Below are positions 18,607 to 28,308 of a DNA stretch of 64,000 nt, piece by piece (the first letter of the stretch is position 1; each line of letters opens with the position of its first letter). The stretch comes from Chthoniobacteraceae bacterium. GTDB taxonomy: Bacteria > Verrucomicrobiota > Verrucomicrobiia > Chthoniobacterales > Chthoniobacteraceae. Position numbers and translations under genes: made by a program. The notes beneath the pieces were generated by a model. It searched no databases. It was not told where the DNA came from and saw only the letters and a program-made list of their open reading frames with translations. The DNA lies in assembly GCA_040081625.1 (NCBI GenBank), contig JBEBGD010000005.1:32001-96000 (forward strand). The letters are read 5' to 3'.

Positions 18607-19281
18607 ATGAGCGCCACTCTCAACAGCAACCGAGCCACCGTCGAGACTCTCGTCCGCTCAGCTTTGTTCAAGCAACTCGGCAAGGCGGCTCCAGCGGGGC
18701 CGGCGCCGACGCTCTTGGTGAACAGTTCCGCGCGGCACATGCACATCTCGCCGGAGAATCTCGAGACGCTTTTCGGCCCCGGTGCGAAGCTCACCGTCCA
18801 CAAGTGGCTTTATCAGGAAGGGCAGTTTGCCTCCGAGCAGACCGTCACCTTGATCGGGCCGCGCCGCCGCGTCATCCCGAGTCTGCGCATTCTCGGCCCC
18901 TGCCGGAATCTCACGCAGATCGAACTCGCGCTCACCGACGCGGTGCAGCTCGGCATGGACATCCCGGTGAAGATGTCCGGCGATATCAAGGGCACCCCGG
19001 GCGGCTACGTGATGGGGCCAAAGGGAATGCTGGAGATGAAGGACGGCCTCATCCGCGCGGCACGGCACGTCCACATGGCGCCGGGCGACGCGAAGTTTTA
19101 CGGCGTGAAGCACCTCGACCGCATCACGCTGAAGGTCACGTCGCCGGCGTGCAATACGCGCTTCGACGACCTCATCGTGCGCGTCGATCCGAGCTTCAAA
19201 CTCGAGGTCCACATGGACACCGACGAAGCGAACGCCTGCGACCTCGAGCGCGCGACCAAAGTCGAGCTGATCAAATCTTAA
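18607..19281 (+). CDS. pduL: Phosphate propanoyl/acetyltransferase (PduL/PTAC)
   Basis: SARHMH, RILGP.R..TQIE, RHVHM, HMDTDEANA. Confidence 0.9.
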   Translation: MSATLNSNRATVETLVRSALFKQLGKAAPAGPAPTLLVNSSARHMHISPENLETLFGPGAKLTVHKWLYQEGQFASEQTVTLIGPRRRVIPSLRILGPCRNLTQIELALTDAVQLGMDIPVKMSGDIKGTPGGYVMGPKGMLEMKDGLIRAARHVHMAPGDAKFYGVKHLDRITLKVTSPACNTRFDDLIVRVDPSFKLEVHMDTDEANACDLERATKVELIKS

Positions 19282-19304
19282 CCCTAACCCAAACAAACAA
19301 ACAC

Positions 19305-19574
19305 ATGAGCGAAGCAATCGGACTAATCGAAACTCGCGGCTACGTGGGCCTGGTGGAAGCCAGTGACGCCATGGTCAAGGCCGCGAACGTGCAACTGGTC
19401 AAATCCATCCCCATCGGCGGCGCGCTGATCACGACCATCGTCAAAGGCGATGTCGGCAGCGTCAAAGCAGCCGTCGAAGCGGGCAAGGAAGCGGCGAAAC
19501 GCGTGGGCAATCTCGTTGCCTCGCACGTCATCGCGCGTCCCGGACCCGACCTTCTCAAGTTCTTCACCGCCTAA
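19305..19574 (+). CDS. BMC hexamer shell protein
   Basis: [32 protein letters not shown]. Confidence 0.92.
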   Translation: MSEAIGLIETRGYVGLVEASDAMVKAANVQLVKSIPIGGALITTIVKGDVGSVKAAVEAGKEAAKRVGNLVASHVIARPGPDLLKFFTA

Positions 19575-19594
19575 CCTTTTACCAACCTACTACC

Positions 19595-19900
19595 ATGCCT
19601 GGACAAGCACTCGGAATGATCGAAACCAAAGGCCTCGTCGCACAGTTCGAAGCAACTGACGCGATGATCAAAGCCGCAAACGTGGAACTCATCGGCTGGG
19701 AAAAAGTCGGCTCGGGCTTCGTCAGCACATTCGTGCGCGGCGATGTCGCTGCGGTGAAAGCCGCGGTCGAAGCCGGCGCCACGGCCGCTGCCGCGGTCGG
19801 CGAAGTCGTCGCCGTCCACGTGATCCCGCGTCCGCACGACGACATCTACGGGCTCGGAAAATTCCTCGGCGGCAAGCCGGCGAACGGTCCCGCGAAGTAA
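19595..19900 (+). CDS. BMC hexamer shell protein
   Basis: [33 protein letters not shown]. Confidence 0.93.
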   Translation: MPGQALGMIETKGLVAQFEATDAMIKAANVELIGWEKVGSGFVSTFVRGDVAAVKAAVEAGATAAAAVGEVVAVHVIPRPHDDIYGLGKFLGGKPANGPAK

Positions 19901-19917
19901 GTCGCGCAGTCTCCGCG

Positions 19918-21102
19918 ATGACCGCCAATAAGATCCTCGTCGCCAACATCGGCAGCACCTCGTTCAAGTTCCGCTTGATTGAGATGCCGGGCGAGCGCGT
20001 GCTCGCGAAGGGCGGCGTGGAGCGGATCGGCGGCGCGGAATCGACTTACAAATACCAGGTCGGCGACGACGCTGAGCAGAAAGGCGTCGCGGCGTTGCCC
20101 GACCACGGCGCGGCGATCGCGCTCGTCGAGAAGGCACTCGGCGGTTTCGACGGACTCGCGGCGGTCGGTTTCAAGCCGGTGATGGCGCGCGGCATCTCGG
20201 GCACGCAAGTGCTCGCCGAGCCCGTGCTGCGCGCGATGGAGGAAATCAACACGCTCCTCCCCGCGCACAACCCGCCCTACGTCGCCGCCGTCCGCAGCTT
20301 CCACAAATCGCACCCGCACCTGCCGTGCATCGGCACGTTCGAGACCGCGTTCTACGACGACGTGCCGGTCGAAAATGTGCGCTACCCGGTGCCACGCGAG
20401 TGGGAGACAAAATACGGCATCCGCCGCTACGGCTTCCACGGCGCGAGTCATCGCTTCGTCACGCAGCGATGCGCGGAACTGCGCGGAACGGACCAACTCC
20501 GCATCATCTCCTGCCACCTCGGTGGCAGCAGTTCGATCGCCGCGGTGCGCAACGGCAAGGCCATTGACTCGAGTTGGGGCATGACCCCGCAGAGCGGCCT
20601 GCCGCAAAACAATCGCGTGGGCGACTTCGATGTCTTCGCTCTCATCTACCTCGCCCGCGATCTCGGCCTCGGCATCGATGCAGTCGAAAAAGCGCTCACC
20701 TCGCAGTCTGGCCTCAAGGGCCTCTCCGGCCTCGCGACCGGCGACGTGCGCGACCTCGTCGAAGCATCCGCGAGCGGCAATGCCGACGCGAAGATCGCGC
20801 TCGATGTCTTCGTCGCCGCGATCCGCAAATACATCGGCCAATTCCTCGTCGAGTTGAACGGCGCCGACGTGCTCATCTTCACCGCCGGCATCGCAGAAAA
20901 TCATCCGGGGTTGCGTGAGAGAATCTGCGCGAACCTCGACTTCTGCGGCCTCGAACTCGACCTCGACGCGAACGCCCGCACGCGCGGCGACGAAGCCATC
21001 ATTTCCACCCCGCGCTCGAAGATCGAAGTGCGCGTCATCCCCACGAACGAAGAACTCATCATCGCCCGCAACGCGTGGGCCAAGCTTTCCAACCTCAACT
21101 AA
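19918..21102 (+). CDS. ackA: Acetate/propionate kinase
   Basis: NIGSTSFK, PAHNP, FETAFY, RYGFHGASH, CHLGGSSS, PTNEE. Confidence 0.92.
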   Translation: MTANKILVANIGSTSFKFRLIEMPGERVLAKGGVERIGGAESTYKYQVGDDAEQKGVAALPDHGAAIALVEKALGGFDGLAAVGFKPVMARGISGTQVLAEPVLRAMEEINTLLPAHNPPYVAAVRSFHKSHPHLPCIGTFETAFYDDVPVENVRYPVPREWETKYGIRRYGFHGASHRFVTQRCAELRGTDQLRIISCHLGGSSSIAAVRNGKAIDSSWGMTPQSGLPQNNRVGDFDVFALIYLARDLGLGIDAVEKALTSQSGLKGLSGLATGDVRDLVEASASGNADAKIALDVFVAAIRKYIGQFLVELNGADVLIFTAGIAENHPGLRERICANLDFCGLELDLDANARTRGDEAIISTPRSKIEVRVIPTNEELIIARNAWAKLSNLN

Positions 21103-21119
21103 CCCAACAACCAAAACCT

Positions 21120-21401
21120 ATGGCACAACAAGCAATCGGAATGATCGAAACACGCGGCCTCATCGCACTCGTCGAGGCGACTGACGCGATGCTCAAATCG
21201 GCCAACGTCGAACTCGTCGGCCCCATCACCCAGGTCGGCAACGCGATGGTGACCGTCTGCGTCACCGGCGACGTCGCCGCCGTCAAAGCCGCGACCGAAG
21301 CCGGCAAGACCGCCGCGCAATCGCTCGGCGAGATCGTCAGCGTCAGCGTCATCGCACGCCCGCACGGCGACCTCGGCGCCGTCCTGCCGAAGGCCAAGTA
21401 A
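21120..21401 (+). CDS. BMC hexamer shell protein
   Basis: [31 protein letters not shown]. Confidence 0.92.
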   Translation: MAQQAIGMIETRGLIALVEATDAMLKSANVELVGPITQVGNAMVTVCVTGDVAAVKAATEAGKTAAQSLGEIVSVSVIARPHGDLGAVLPKAK

Positions 21402-21430
21402 TGCGGAAAGCGGAAAGCGGAGACCGGAAA
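21401..21430 (+). repeat. 7-nt tandem array (GCGGAAA-like), left arm
   Basis: atgcggaaagcggaaagcggagaccggaaa. Confidence 0.7.
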
Positions 21431-21435
21431 GAGAC

Positions 21436-21801
21436 ATGGCGAACGCTGACTTTGCTGCACGATCCTTTGGGTTTGCAGCGCGCATCATCCGCTTGTTTCA
21501 GGCGCTGCCGAAAGACGAAGTCTCTCGCACCCTCGGGCGTCAGCTTCTCCGCTCGGGCACGTCTGTCGGAGCTAATGCTCGCGCCGCGAAGCGTGCCCGT
21601 TCCCGAGCCGAGTTCGTCGCCAAAATGGGAATCGTCGAGGAAGAAGCCGACGAGTCGATTTATTGGATCGACCTGCTTGTCGAAGTCGGCCTCCTCAAAC
21701 CCAAGCGCATCGAAGCTCTCCGGATCGAGTGCGAGGAAATCCTCTCCATCACCGTCGCGTCCATCAAAACCGCCCGAACAAATGCCCGAACAAAAACATA
21801 A
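21436..21801 (+). CDS. Four-helix-bundle protein (23S rRNA IVS-protein-like family)
   Basis: QLLRSGTSVGAN...A.SRAEFVAK..I..EEADES.YW. Confidence 0.88.
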   Translation: MANADFAARSFGFAARIIRLFQALPKDEVSRTLGRQLLRSGTSVGANARAAKRARSRAEFVAKMGIVEEEADESIYWIDLLVEVGLLKPKRIEALRIECEEILSITVASIKTARTNARTKT

Positions 21802-21815
21802 CCGCGCAATGCGAA

Positions 21816-21851
21816 CTCTCTCCGCATTCCGCATTCCGCTCTCCGCTCTCC
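21816..21851 (+). repeat. 7-nt tandem array (TCCGCAT/TCCGCTC), right arm, complementary to the left arm
   Basis: tccgcattccgcattccgctctccgctctcc. Confidence 0.7.
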
Positions 21852-21852
21852 T

Positions 21853-22161
21853 ATGATCCTCGCCCGGGTCGAAGGCAGCGTCGTCGCGACGAAGAAGAAC
21901 ACGAAGATGACGGGGAATAAATTCCTCCTCGTCCGTCCGCTCGTGATCGATTCCACGGACGCGAAAACGTGGAAGCCAGGCACGACTACGCTCGTCGCCG
22001 TGGACAGCCTCGGCGCGGGTGAAGGTGAGATCGTCCTCGTCGTCCAGGGCAGCTCCGCGCGCCTCGCTGCCGACGACAAGGATTCGCCCGTCGATGCCGT
22101 CGTGATCGGCCTCGTGGACACGGTCGATATCGGAAAACACATCCTCTACAAGGCGCAGTAA
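21853..22161 (+). CDS. BMC pentamer (EutN/CcmL)
   Basis: G.VVATKK, VAVDSLGAGEGE, PVDAVVIGLVD. Confidence 0.92.
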   Translation: MILARVEGSVVATKKNTKMTGNKFLLVRPLVIDSTDAKTWKPGTTTLVAVDSLGAGEGEIVLVVQGSSARLAADDKDSPVDAVVIGLVDTVDIGKHILYKAQ

Positions 22162-22173
22162 CCACACACTTAA

Positions 22174-23604
22174 ATGGCAACACTGGACGAAAGAATTGTA
22201 TCGAGAGTCGTGAGCGAAGTGCTCGCGCGTTTGCAGTCGCAGACCAAAGTCGCGTCGTCGGGGCAGAGTAGCTTCGGCGTTTACGACAAGATGGACGACG
22301 CGTGCGAAGCCGCGCATCGCTCATTTGAAAAGCTGCGCGAGCTCGGCGTGAACGCACGCAAGCAGGCGATCAACGTGATCCGGCGCATGTGTGTCGCGAA
22401 AGCGAAGGAGTGGGGCGAGATCGAATTTGCCGAGACGAAGATCGGCCGGCTCGATCACAAGATCGAGAAACTCAAAATCTGCGGCGACCTCGTGCCGGGC
22501 GTCGAATTCATGGAGCGCCACGCATTCAGCGGCGACTTCGGATTGACCGTGATCGACTTCGCGCCGTGGGGCGTGATCGGCGCGGTGACGCCTTCGACGC
22601 ACAGCGTCCCGACGCTCACCGGCAACGCGATCAACATGATCGCCTCGGGCAACGCCGCCGTCTTCAACACACACCCTGCCGCCGCGGGCTGCGCCGCGCT
22701 CGCGATCCGCAGCTACAACGAAGGCATCTTCCAGGAGACCGGCATCAGCGACCTGCTCACCACCGTGGTGAAGCCGACGCTCGAAACCTTCGACACGATG
22801 TGCAAGCACGCGAAGGTGAAGCTGCTCTGCGTCACCGGCGGTCCCGCCGTCGTCGCCGCGGCGATGAAAACCGGAAAGCGCGCCGTGTGCGCCGGGCCCG
22901 GCAATCCGCCCGTCGTCGTCGATGAAACTGCCGACCTCGCGAACGCGGCGCGGTGCATCATCCAAGGCGCGAGCTACGACAACAACCTGCTCTGCATCGG
23001 CGAGAAGGAAGTCTTCGTCGTCGAGAGCGTGGCCGACAAACTTTTCGCTGAGCTGAAGAAAGCCGGCGCCGTGCAACTCGACGCGAAGCAGATCGAGGCG
23101 CTCGCGGAGAAAGCGTTCGTCTTCCCGCAGGGCAAAGGAGCGGGGTGCCCGCACCCGGTCGTGAATCGCGATCTCGTCGGTCGCGACGCCGCGGTGCTCG
23201 CGAAAGCGATCGGCCTCAGCGTGCCGCCCGCGACGCAGCTCCTTTTCGGCGAGACGAAGGAAGATCACATCTTCGTCGATGAAGAGCAGATGATGCCGTT
23301 CATCCCGATCGTGCGCGTGCCGAACGTGGACGCCGGCATCGCCGCCGCGATCCGCGCGGAGCACAACTACAAGCACACGGCGATCATGCACTCCACGAAC
23401 ATCAAGGCGCTCACGAAAATGGCGCAGGCCGTGGACACAACGCTCTTCATCAAGAACGGCCCGTGCATGACCGGCCTCGGGCTCGGCGGCGAAGGCTTCC
23501 TCAGCTTCTCCGTCGCCACGCCCACCGGCGAAGGCGTGACCACGCCGATGACATTCACCCGCTCACGCCGCTGCGTGATGGTGGAGGAACTCAACCTTTT
23601 CTAA
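22174..23604 (+). CDS. CoA-acylating aldehyde dehydrogenase (PduP/EutE type)
   Basis: PWGVIGAVTPSTH, TGGP.VV, GPGNPP, DNNLLCIGEK, EQMMP, ATPTGEG; N-terminal encapsulation peptide. Confidence 0.92.
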   Translation: MATLDERIVSRVVSEVLARLQSQTKVASSGQSSFGVYDKMDDACEAAHRSFEKLRELGVNARKQAINVIRRMCVAKAKEWGEIEFAETKIGRLDHKIEKLKICGDLVPGVEFMERHAFSGDFGLTVIDFAPWGVIGAVTPSTHSVPTLTGNAINMIASGNAAVFNTHPAAAGCAALAIRSYNEGIFQETGISDLLTTVVKPTLETFDTMCKHAKVKLLCVTGGPAVVAAAMKTGKRAVCAGPGNPPVVVDETADLANAARCIIQGASYDNNLLCIGEKEVFVVESVADKLFAELKKAGAVQLDAKQIEALAEKAFVFPQGKGAGCPHPVVNRDLVGRDAAVLAKAIGLSVPPATQLLFGETKEDHIFVDEEQMMPFIPIVRVPNVDAGIAAAIRAEHNYKHTAIMHSTNIKALTKMAQAVDTTLFIKNGPCMTGLGLGGEGFLSFSVATPTGEGVTTPMTFTRSRRCVMVEELNLF

Positions 23605-23868
23605 ATGCGCCTCGCGACGATCCACGGCTACGCCACATCGACGATCAAGCACCGCAGCCTCGAAGGCTGGCGCTTGCTGATCGCGATACCGGAGAGCCCG
23701 GACCTTGCGCCGCAGATCGTGCTCGATTCGCTCGGCGCGGGCATCGGCCAGCGCGTGTTGATCTCCAGCGACGGAAGCGAAGCGCGAAAGATGGTGAACG
23801 ATCAACGCAGCCCCGCGCGCTGGACCGTGATGGGGATCATCGATCCGGAGAGGGATCTCGCGATATGA
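23605..23868 (+). CDS. BMC pentamer (EutN/CcmL)
   Basis: TSTIKH, DSLGAGIG, SSDG, GIID. Confidence 0.85.
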   Translation: MRLATIHGYATSTIKHRSLEGWRLLIAIPESPDLAPQIVLDSLGAGIGQRVLISSDGSEARKMVNDQRSPARWTVMGIIDPERDLAI

Positions 23869-24143
23869 GGATGGGCACCGTCATCGGTCGCGTGACACTT
23901 TCCGTGCGCCACAAACGCTACTCCGGCGAGCGCCTGCTCCTAACGCTGCCGTGGAAGACGGACACGTTCAACGGAGCGGCGAAACACGATCCGGCGATCG
24001 TCGTTTACGACCAACTCGGCGCGGGTGTCGGCCAGCACATCGCCATCAGCGAAGGCCGCGAAGCCGCCTGCCCTTTCCCGACCCCGACGCCCGTGGACGC
24101 CTACTGCGCCGCGCTCGTCGATGAACATTTTTACAAGAAATAA
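23865..24143 (+). CDS. BMC pentamer (EutN/CcmL)
   Basis: ATG 23865 overlaps the upstream stop; VIGRVTLS, YDQLGAG.G, SEGREA, PVDAY. Confidence 0.85.
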   Translation: MRMGTVIGRVTLSVRHKRYSGERLLLTLPWKTDTFNGAAKHDPAIVVYDQLGAGVGQHIAISEGREAACPFPTPTPVDAYCAALVDEHFYKK

Positions 24144-24146
24144 TCT

Positions 24147-25217
24147 ATGACCCTGATCGCACAAAAAGAAGCCGCTGAGATCGTGAAAACCGGCGCGAAA
24201 GAGTTCCGCCAAGACAGCGAAACGCGCCTCACGCCGGGCGCGAAGGACATCCTCAACGACGCGGGCGTGAAGATCGTCTTCGCCGGCAACGCGACGCATT
24301 CGTCGAACGGCGCATCGTCGCAAGGCTACGCACCCGTGGCCGCACCCGCTCCCTACAGCACGGATGACGTGCGCCTCTTCGCCTCGAAGGAAGCGAACGA
24401 AATCAAGGAGCAGATCTGCGACATCGGCCGCCGCATCTGGGCTCGCGAATATTGCGATGGCAACGGCGGCAACATCTCCGCACGCCTCGCGCCGGATCGC
24501 TTCATCTGCACGCCGACCGGCGTCAGCAAAGGCTTCATGAAGCCCGACATGATGTGCATGGTGGACGGCAAGGGCACGCAGCTCGGCGGCACGTGGAAGC
24601 GATCGAGCGAGATCACGACGCACATGGCCATCTTCCACTCGACGCCGGAGGCGATGAGCGTCTGTCACGCGCATCCGTGCCACGCGGGCGCGTTCGCGAT
24701 CAAAGGCATGCAGCCGCCGCCGCGACTCATTCCGGAGTTGGAAGTGTTCGTCGGCACCGTCGCCTACACGCCTTACAAGACGCCGGGTTCGCCGGAGATC
24801 GCGGCGGAGATTTTCCCGCTCGCGCCGAAGCACCAGTCCATCCTCATGGGCAACCACGGCGTCATCTGCTGGGGCAAATCGGTCGAGGACGCGTATTTCA
24901 AAATGGAGATCACCGACGCGTATTGCCGCACCGTGATCCTCGCGCAGGCGATCCCCGGCAGCGCGTCGATCCCATGCGACAAGCTGCCCGAATTGCTCAA
25001 CATCAAAAAGACGCTCGGCCTCCCCGATGATCGCTACGACCTCAAGCCCGCGGGACTCTGCGAAGTCGATCCGTGGCAGCAGATGTGCGGTTCGCACGGC
25101 TGCTCGTCGCCCGTCACGCCTTTCAATCCGATGACCAACGACAACACGAGCGACGCCGACATCGAAGCGCTCGTGCAAAAGCTCACCGACGAGATCGTCG
25201 CGAAGCTCGGGAAGTAA
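24147..25217 (+). CDS. Class II aldolase/adducin family (fuculose/rhamnulose-phosphate aldolase-like)
   Basis: GNIS, TPTGVSKG, SSE..H, HAHP, NHG; C-terminal encapsulation peptide. Confidence 0.9.
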   Translation: MTLIAQKEAAEIVKTGAKEFRQDSETRLTPGAKDILNDAGVKIVFAGNATHSSNGASSQGYAPVAAPAPYSTDDVRLFASKEANEIKEQICDIGRRIWAREYCDGNGGNISARLAPDRFICTPTGVSKGFMKPDMMCMVDGKGTQLGGTWKRSSEITTHMAIFHSTPEAMSVCHAHPCHAGAFAIKGMQPPPRLIPELEVFVGTVAYTPYKTPGSPEIAAEIFPLAPKHQSILMGNHGVICWGKSVEDAYFKMEITDAYCRTVILAQAIPGSASIPCDKLPELLNIKKTLGLPDDRYDLKPAGLCEVDPWQQMCGSHGCSSPVTPFNPMTNDNTSDADIEALVQKLTDEIVAKLGK

Positions 25218-25219
25218 GC

Positions 25220-26383
25220 GTGCAGAAATCGCTCGACCAAAAGATCGCCGACATTCGAGCGAACCCTTCGGGGAGCAAGGCGTTCATCATCGCCGACGCG
25301 AAGGACGCCGACATGGCCTTCGGGATCACCGCGCCGGGGCAGAAGCGGCCGATGAATCCCGAGCGCGTGCTCAAGTCGGAGATCCACTGGAAGACGCTCG
25401 AGGAATATCGCGAGCAGATCCGCGCGGTCGTGCGGCAGGGGATCGTGGACATCATGCTCTGCTCGGCGTCGAACATCGAGCAACTGGCGATGCGCGAGCG
25501 GCTGTTCGAGGGCTCGCACATCACGCCCGCCGCGCGCGCGAACGACACGACGGACATCTGGGTCATTCGCGGCGCCGGTTACATCCAGCAGCCATCGATG
25601 CCGTTTCGCAGCGCGACGATCGACCACATCAAGTGCGGTAAAATCGACTGCGAACCCGACAAGCCGCACGCCGGCGCGGACCTTGGCCTCTACTCGGTCA
25701 CCTTCACGAACAACCTCGCGCTCGACTACGAAACGCTGCGCGCGTTCAAGGAATTCCGCGAGGAAGCGGAGCGAAAGTCGTTTCGCTATTTCCTCGAAGT
25801 CTTCGACCCGAACGTTGATCCCGGCATCTCCGCTGAGAAGGTCGATGGCTTCATCAACGACCACATCATCCGCAGTCTCGCCGGCGTGACCGCGCGCGGA
25901 CGGCCCGTCTTTTTGAAGATCGTCTATCGCGGCCCGAAGGCGATGGAAGAGCTCGCCGCTTACGATCCGAACCTCATCGTCGGCATCCTCGGCGGCGGCG
26001 CGGGCACGACCTACGACGCATTCAAGCTCATCGCCGAGGCGCAGAAATACGGCGCGCGCGTCGCGCTGTTCGGACGCAAGATCAACCAGGCCGAGCACCC
26101 GCTCGCGTTCATCGAAATGCTGCGCCGGATCGTCGAGCACGAGATTGAACCCGAAGAAGCCGTGCGCGCCTACCACGGCGTGTTGCAAGGCGTCGGCATC
26201 GCGCCGCTGCGCAAGCTCGAGGACGATTCACAGCTCACGAGCGGCGTCACGAGCTACGGCGGCTCGAACGGCCGCACGATCACCACCGGCCGCGCGCCCG
26301 AGAAGAGCGCGCCCGCTTCCAACAACAACAACGGCCACGTCGCCGCGCAGCTCGCGCGAATCCGGCAACGGCTCGGAGAATAA
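25220..26383 (+). CDS. Uncharacterised TIM-barrel, class I aldolase-like protein
   Basis: GTG 25220; FLEVF.PN, FLK.VY, GILGG, ALFGRKI. The fold assignment is an inference. Confidence 0.6.
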   Translation: MQKSLDQKIADIRANPSGSKAFIIADAKDADMAFGITAPGQKRPMNPERVLKSEIHWKTLEEYREQIRAVVRQGIVDIMLCSASNIEQLAMRERLFEGSHITPAARANDTTDIWVIRGAGYIQQPSMPFRSATIDHIKCGKIDCEPDKPHAGADLGLYSVTFTNNLALDYETLRAFKEFREEAERKSFRYFLEVFDPNVDPGISAEKVDGFINDHIIRSLAGVTARGRPVFLKIVYRGPKAMEELAAYDPNLIVGILGGGAGTTYDAFKLIAEAQKYGARVALFGRKINQAEHPLAFIEMLRRIVEHEIEPEEAVRAYHGVLQGVGIAPLRKLEDDSQLTSGVTSYGGSNGRTITTGRAPEKSAPASNNNNGHVAAQLARIRQRLGE

Positions 26384-26385
26384 TT

Positions 26386-27702
26386 ATGTCACTTATCGAT
26401 CAAGTCAGACTAGCGGGTGTCGTCGGCGCGGGCGGCGGCGGATTCCCGGCGCACGTGAAGCTCGGCTCGAAAGCCGAGATCATCATCGCCAACGGCGCCG
26501 AGTGCGAACCGCTGCTGCATAAGGACGCCGCGGTGATGGAACACTACGCCGCCGACGTCGTGCGCGGTGTCGAGCTGTGCATGGCCGCGACCGGCGCGAG
26601 CGATGGCGTCGTCGGCATCAAGGCGAAGAAAAAGAAAGCCGTCGAAGCGATCGAGCAGGCGTGCAAGGGAACGCGCGTCCGCGTGCAGTTGCTCGGCGAC
26701 TTCTACCCCGCGGGCGACGAATACGACCTCACCTATGAGGTCACCGGCAAACTCATCCCGCCCGGCGGACTGCCCATCCACATCGGCGCGATCGTCAGCA
26801 ACGTCGAGACGCTCGCGAACATCGCGCAGGCCGTCGATGGCAAACCGGTCACGCACAAAACCATCACCATCGCCGGCGCCGTCGCCGAGCCCGTGTCGCT
26901 CACCGTCCCGATCGGCATCAGCTACCGCGAGTGCATCGCCGCAGCGGGCGGCGCGACGTGCGACGATCCCGTGCTCGCCATCGGCGGACTCATGATGGGC
27001 GAGACGAGCGACGATCTCGACCGGTCCGTCGTCAAGACGAGCACCGGTGCGATCATCCTCTCGCGCACGCATCACGTGATGGAGAAGAAGTTCAAGCCCG
27101 CGAAAGTGCAGGCTTCGATCGGAAAATCCGCGTGCGACCAGTGCCGCTACTGCACCGAGTTTTGCCCGCGCTTTCTGCTCGGCTACCAGGTCGAGCCGCA
27201 TCAGGTCATGCGCACGCTCGCCTTCAGCGGCACCGGCGCCGAGCGCTTCAACGAATGGGCCGCGCTCTGCTGCTCGTGCGGCCTCTGCACACTCTACGCC
27301 TGCCCCGAGGAACTCTATCCGAAGGAAGCGTGCGACGACTCGAAAGCCGTCCTGCGCTTGCAGAACTTCAAGTGGACCGGCAAGACCGACATCAAAGTTC
27401 ATCCGATGCGCGAAGGCCGGCACGTGCCGATCAAAACGCTCATGCAAAAGATGCACGTCGAGGAATACGACAACCCCGCGCCGCTGCGCGCCGGCATCGT
27501 CGAGACGCAGCGACTTGTTCTCCCGCTCAAGCAAAGCGCCGGCGGCCCCACGACGCCGCTCGTGAAAGCTGGCGACACCGTAAAAGCCGGCCAGCCCATT
27601 TCCGAACCCGCACCCAACGCCGTCGGCGCGATCATCCACGCGCCCTTCGCCGGCACCGTCGCCGCCGTCAGCGCGACCAGCATCACCATCACGAAGAAAT
27701 GA
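26386..27702 (+). CDS. pduS: PduS/RnfC-like flavin/Fe-S reductase
   Basis: GVVGAGGGGFP, NGAECEP, YPAGDE, CDQCRYCTEFCP, CCSCGLC..ACP. Confidence 0.85.
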   Translation: MSLIDQVRLAGVVGAGGGGFPAHVKLGSKAEIIIANGAECEPLLHKDAAVMEHYAADVVRGVELCMAATGASDGVVGIKAKKKKAVEAIEQACKGTRVRVQLLGDFYPAGDEYDLTYEVTGKLIPPGGLPIHIGAIVSNVETLANIAQAVDGKPVTHKTITIAGAVAEPVSLTVPIGISYRECIAAAGGATCDDPVLAIGGLMMGETSDDLDRSVVKTSTGAIILSRTHHVMEKKFKPAKVQASIGKSACDQCRYCTEFCPRFLLGYQVEPHQVMRTLAFSGTGAERFNEWAALCCSCGLCTLYACPEELYPKEACDDSKAVLRLQNFKWTGKTDIKVHPMREGRHVPIKTLMQKMHVEEYDNPAPLRAGIVETQRLVLPLKQSAGGPTTPLVKAGDTVKAGQPISEPAPNAVGAIIHAPFAGTVAAVSATSITITKK

Positions 27703-28250
27703 CTCCAAAATCCATCGGCCTCATCGAACTCTCCAGCGTCGCCTCCGGCTTCAGCGTCGCCGACGCCGCGCTCAAGGCCGGCAACGTGAAGCTCCTGCTC
27801 TCGCGCTCCATTTGCTCCGGCAAATACATGGTCCTCGTCGCGGGCGAAACCGCTGGCGTCGAAGCCGCGATCGAGACCGCAACCGAAGTCGCCAACGGCT
27901 GCCTCATCGACCGCATCGTCATCGCGAACCTGCATCCCGACGTCTTCATGGCGATCGGCCGCACCACGCCCGTCGAGCCGACCGGTGCGCTCGGCATCGT
28001 CGAGTCCTTCAACGTCGCCACGCTCGTCAAAGCCGCCGACGCCGCGGCGAAAGCCGGCGAAGTGACGCTGCTCGAAGTCCGTCTCGCGATGGCCCTCGGC
28101 GGAAAAGCATTCTTCACCTGCACCGGCGAAGTGAGCTCCGTGCAAGCCGCCGTCGCCGCCGCCCGCGCCGTCATCGCCGAAGCCGGCGTCCTCGTGAACG
28201 CCGTAGTGATCCCGCGCCCGCACCCGGACGTGTATCGCGAGGTGATCTAA
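27699..28250 (+). CDS. pduT: Tandem-domain BMC shell protein, PduT-like
   Basis: SIGLIE...ICSGKY (Fe-S-binding Cys position), second BMC domain ALGIVE...LGGKA, VIPRPH. Confidence 0.85.
   Translation: MTPKSIGLIELSSVASGFSVADAALKAGNVKLLLSRSICSGKYMVLVAGETAGVEAAIETATEVANGCLIDRIVIANLHPDVFMAIGRTTPVEPTGALGIVESFNVATLVKAADAAAKAGEVTLLEVRLAMALGGKAFFTCTGEVSSVQAAVAAARAVIAEAGVLVNAVVIPRPHPDVYREVI
28151..28250 (+). repeat. Direct repeat copy 1 (3' end of pduT)
   Basis: Near-identical to 29351-29438. Confidence 0.85.
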
Positions 28251-28308
28251 TCTCTCCGGGCGCGCGCCTGATCTTGCCCGCCGCGCGGGAAGCGAATACC
28301 CTGCCCGC

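Noticed and set aside
21436..21801. Avd of a diversity-generating retroelement
   Set aside because: No reverse transcriptase or TR/VR pair seen in the window.
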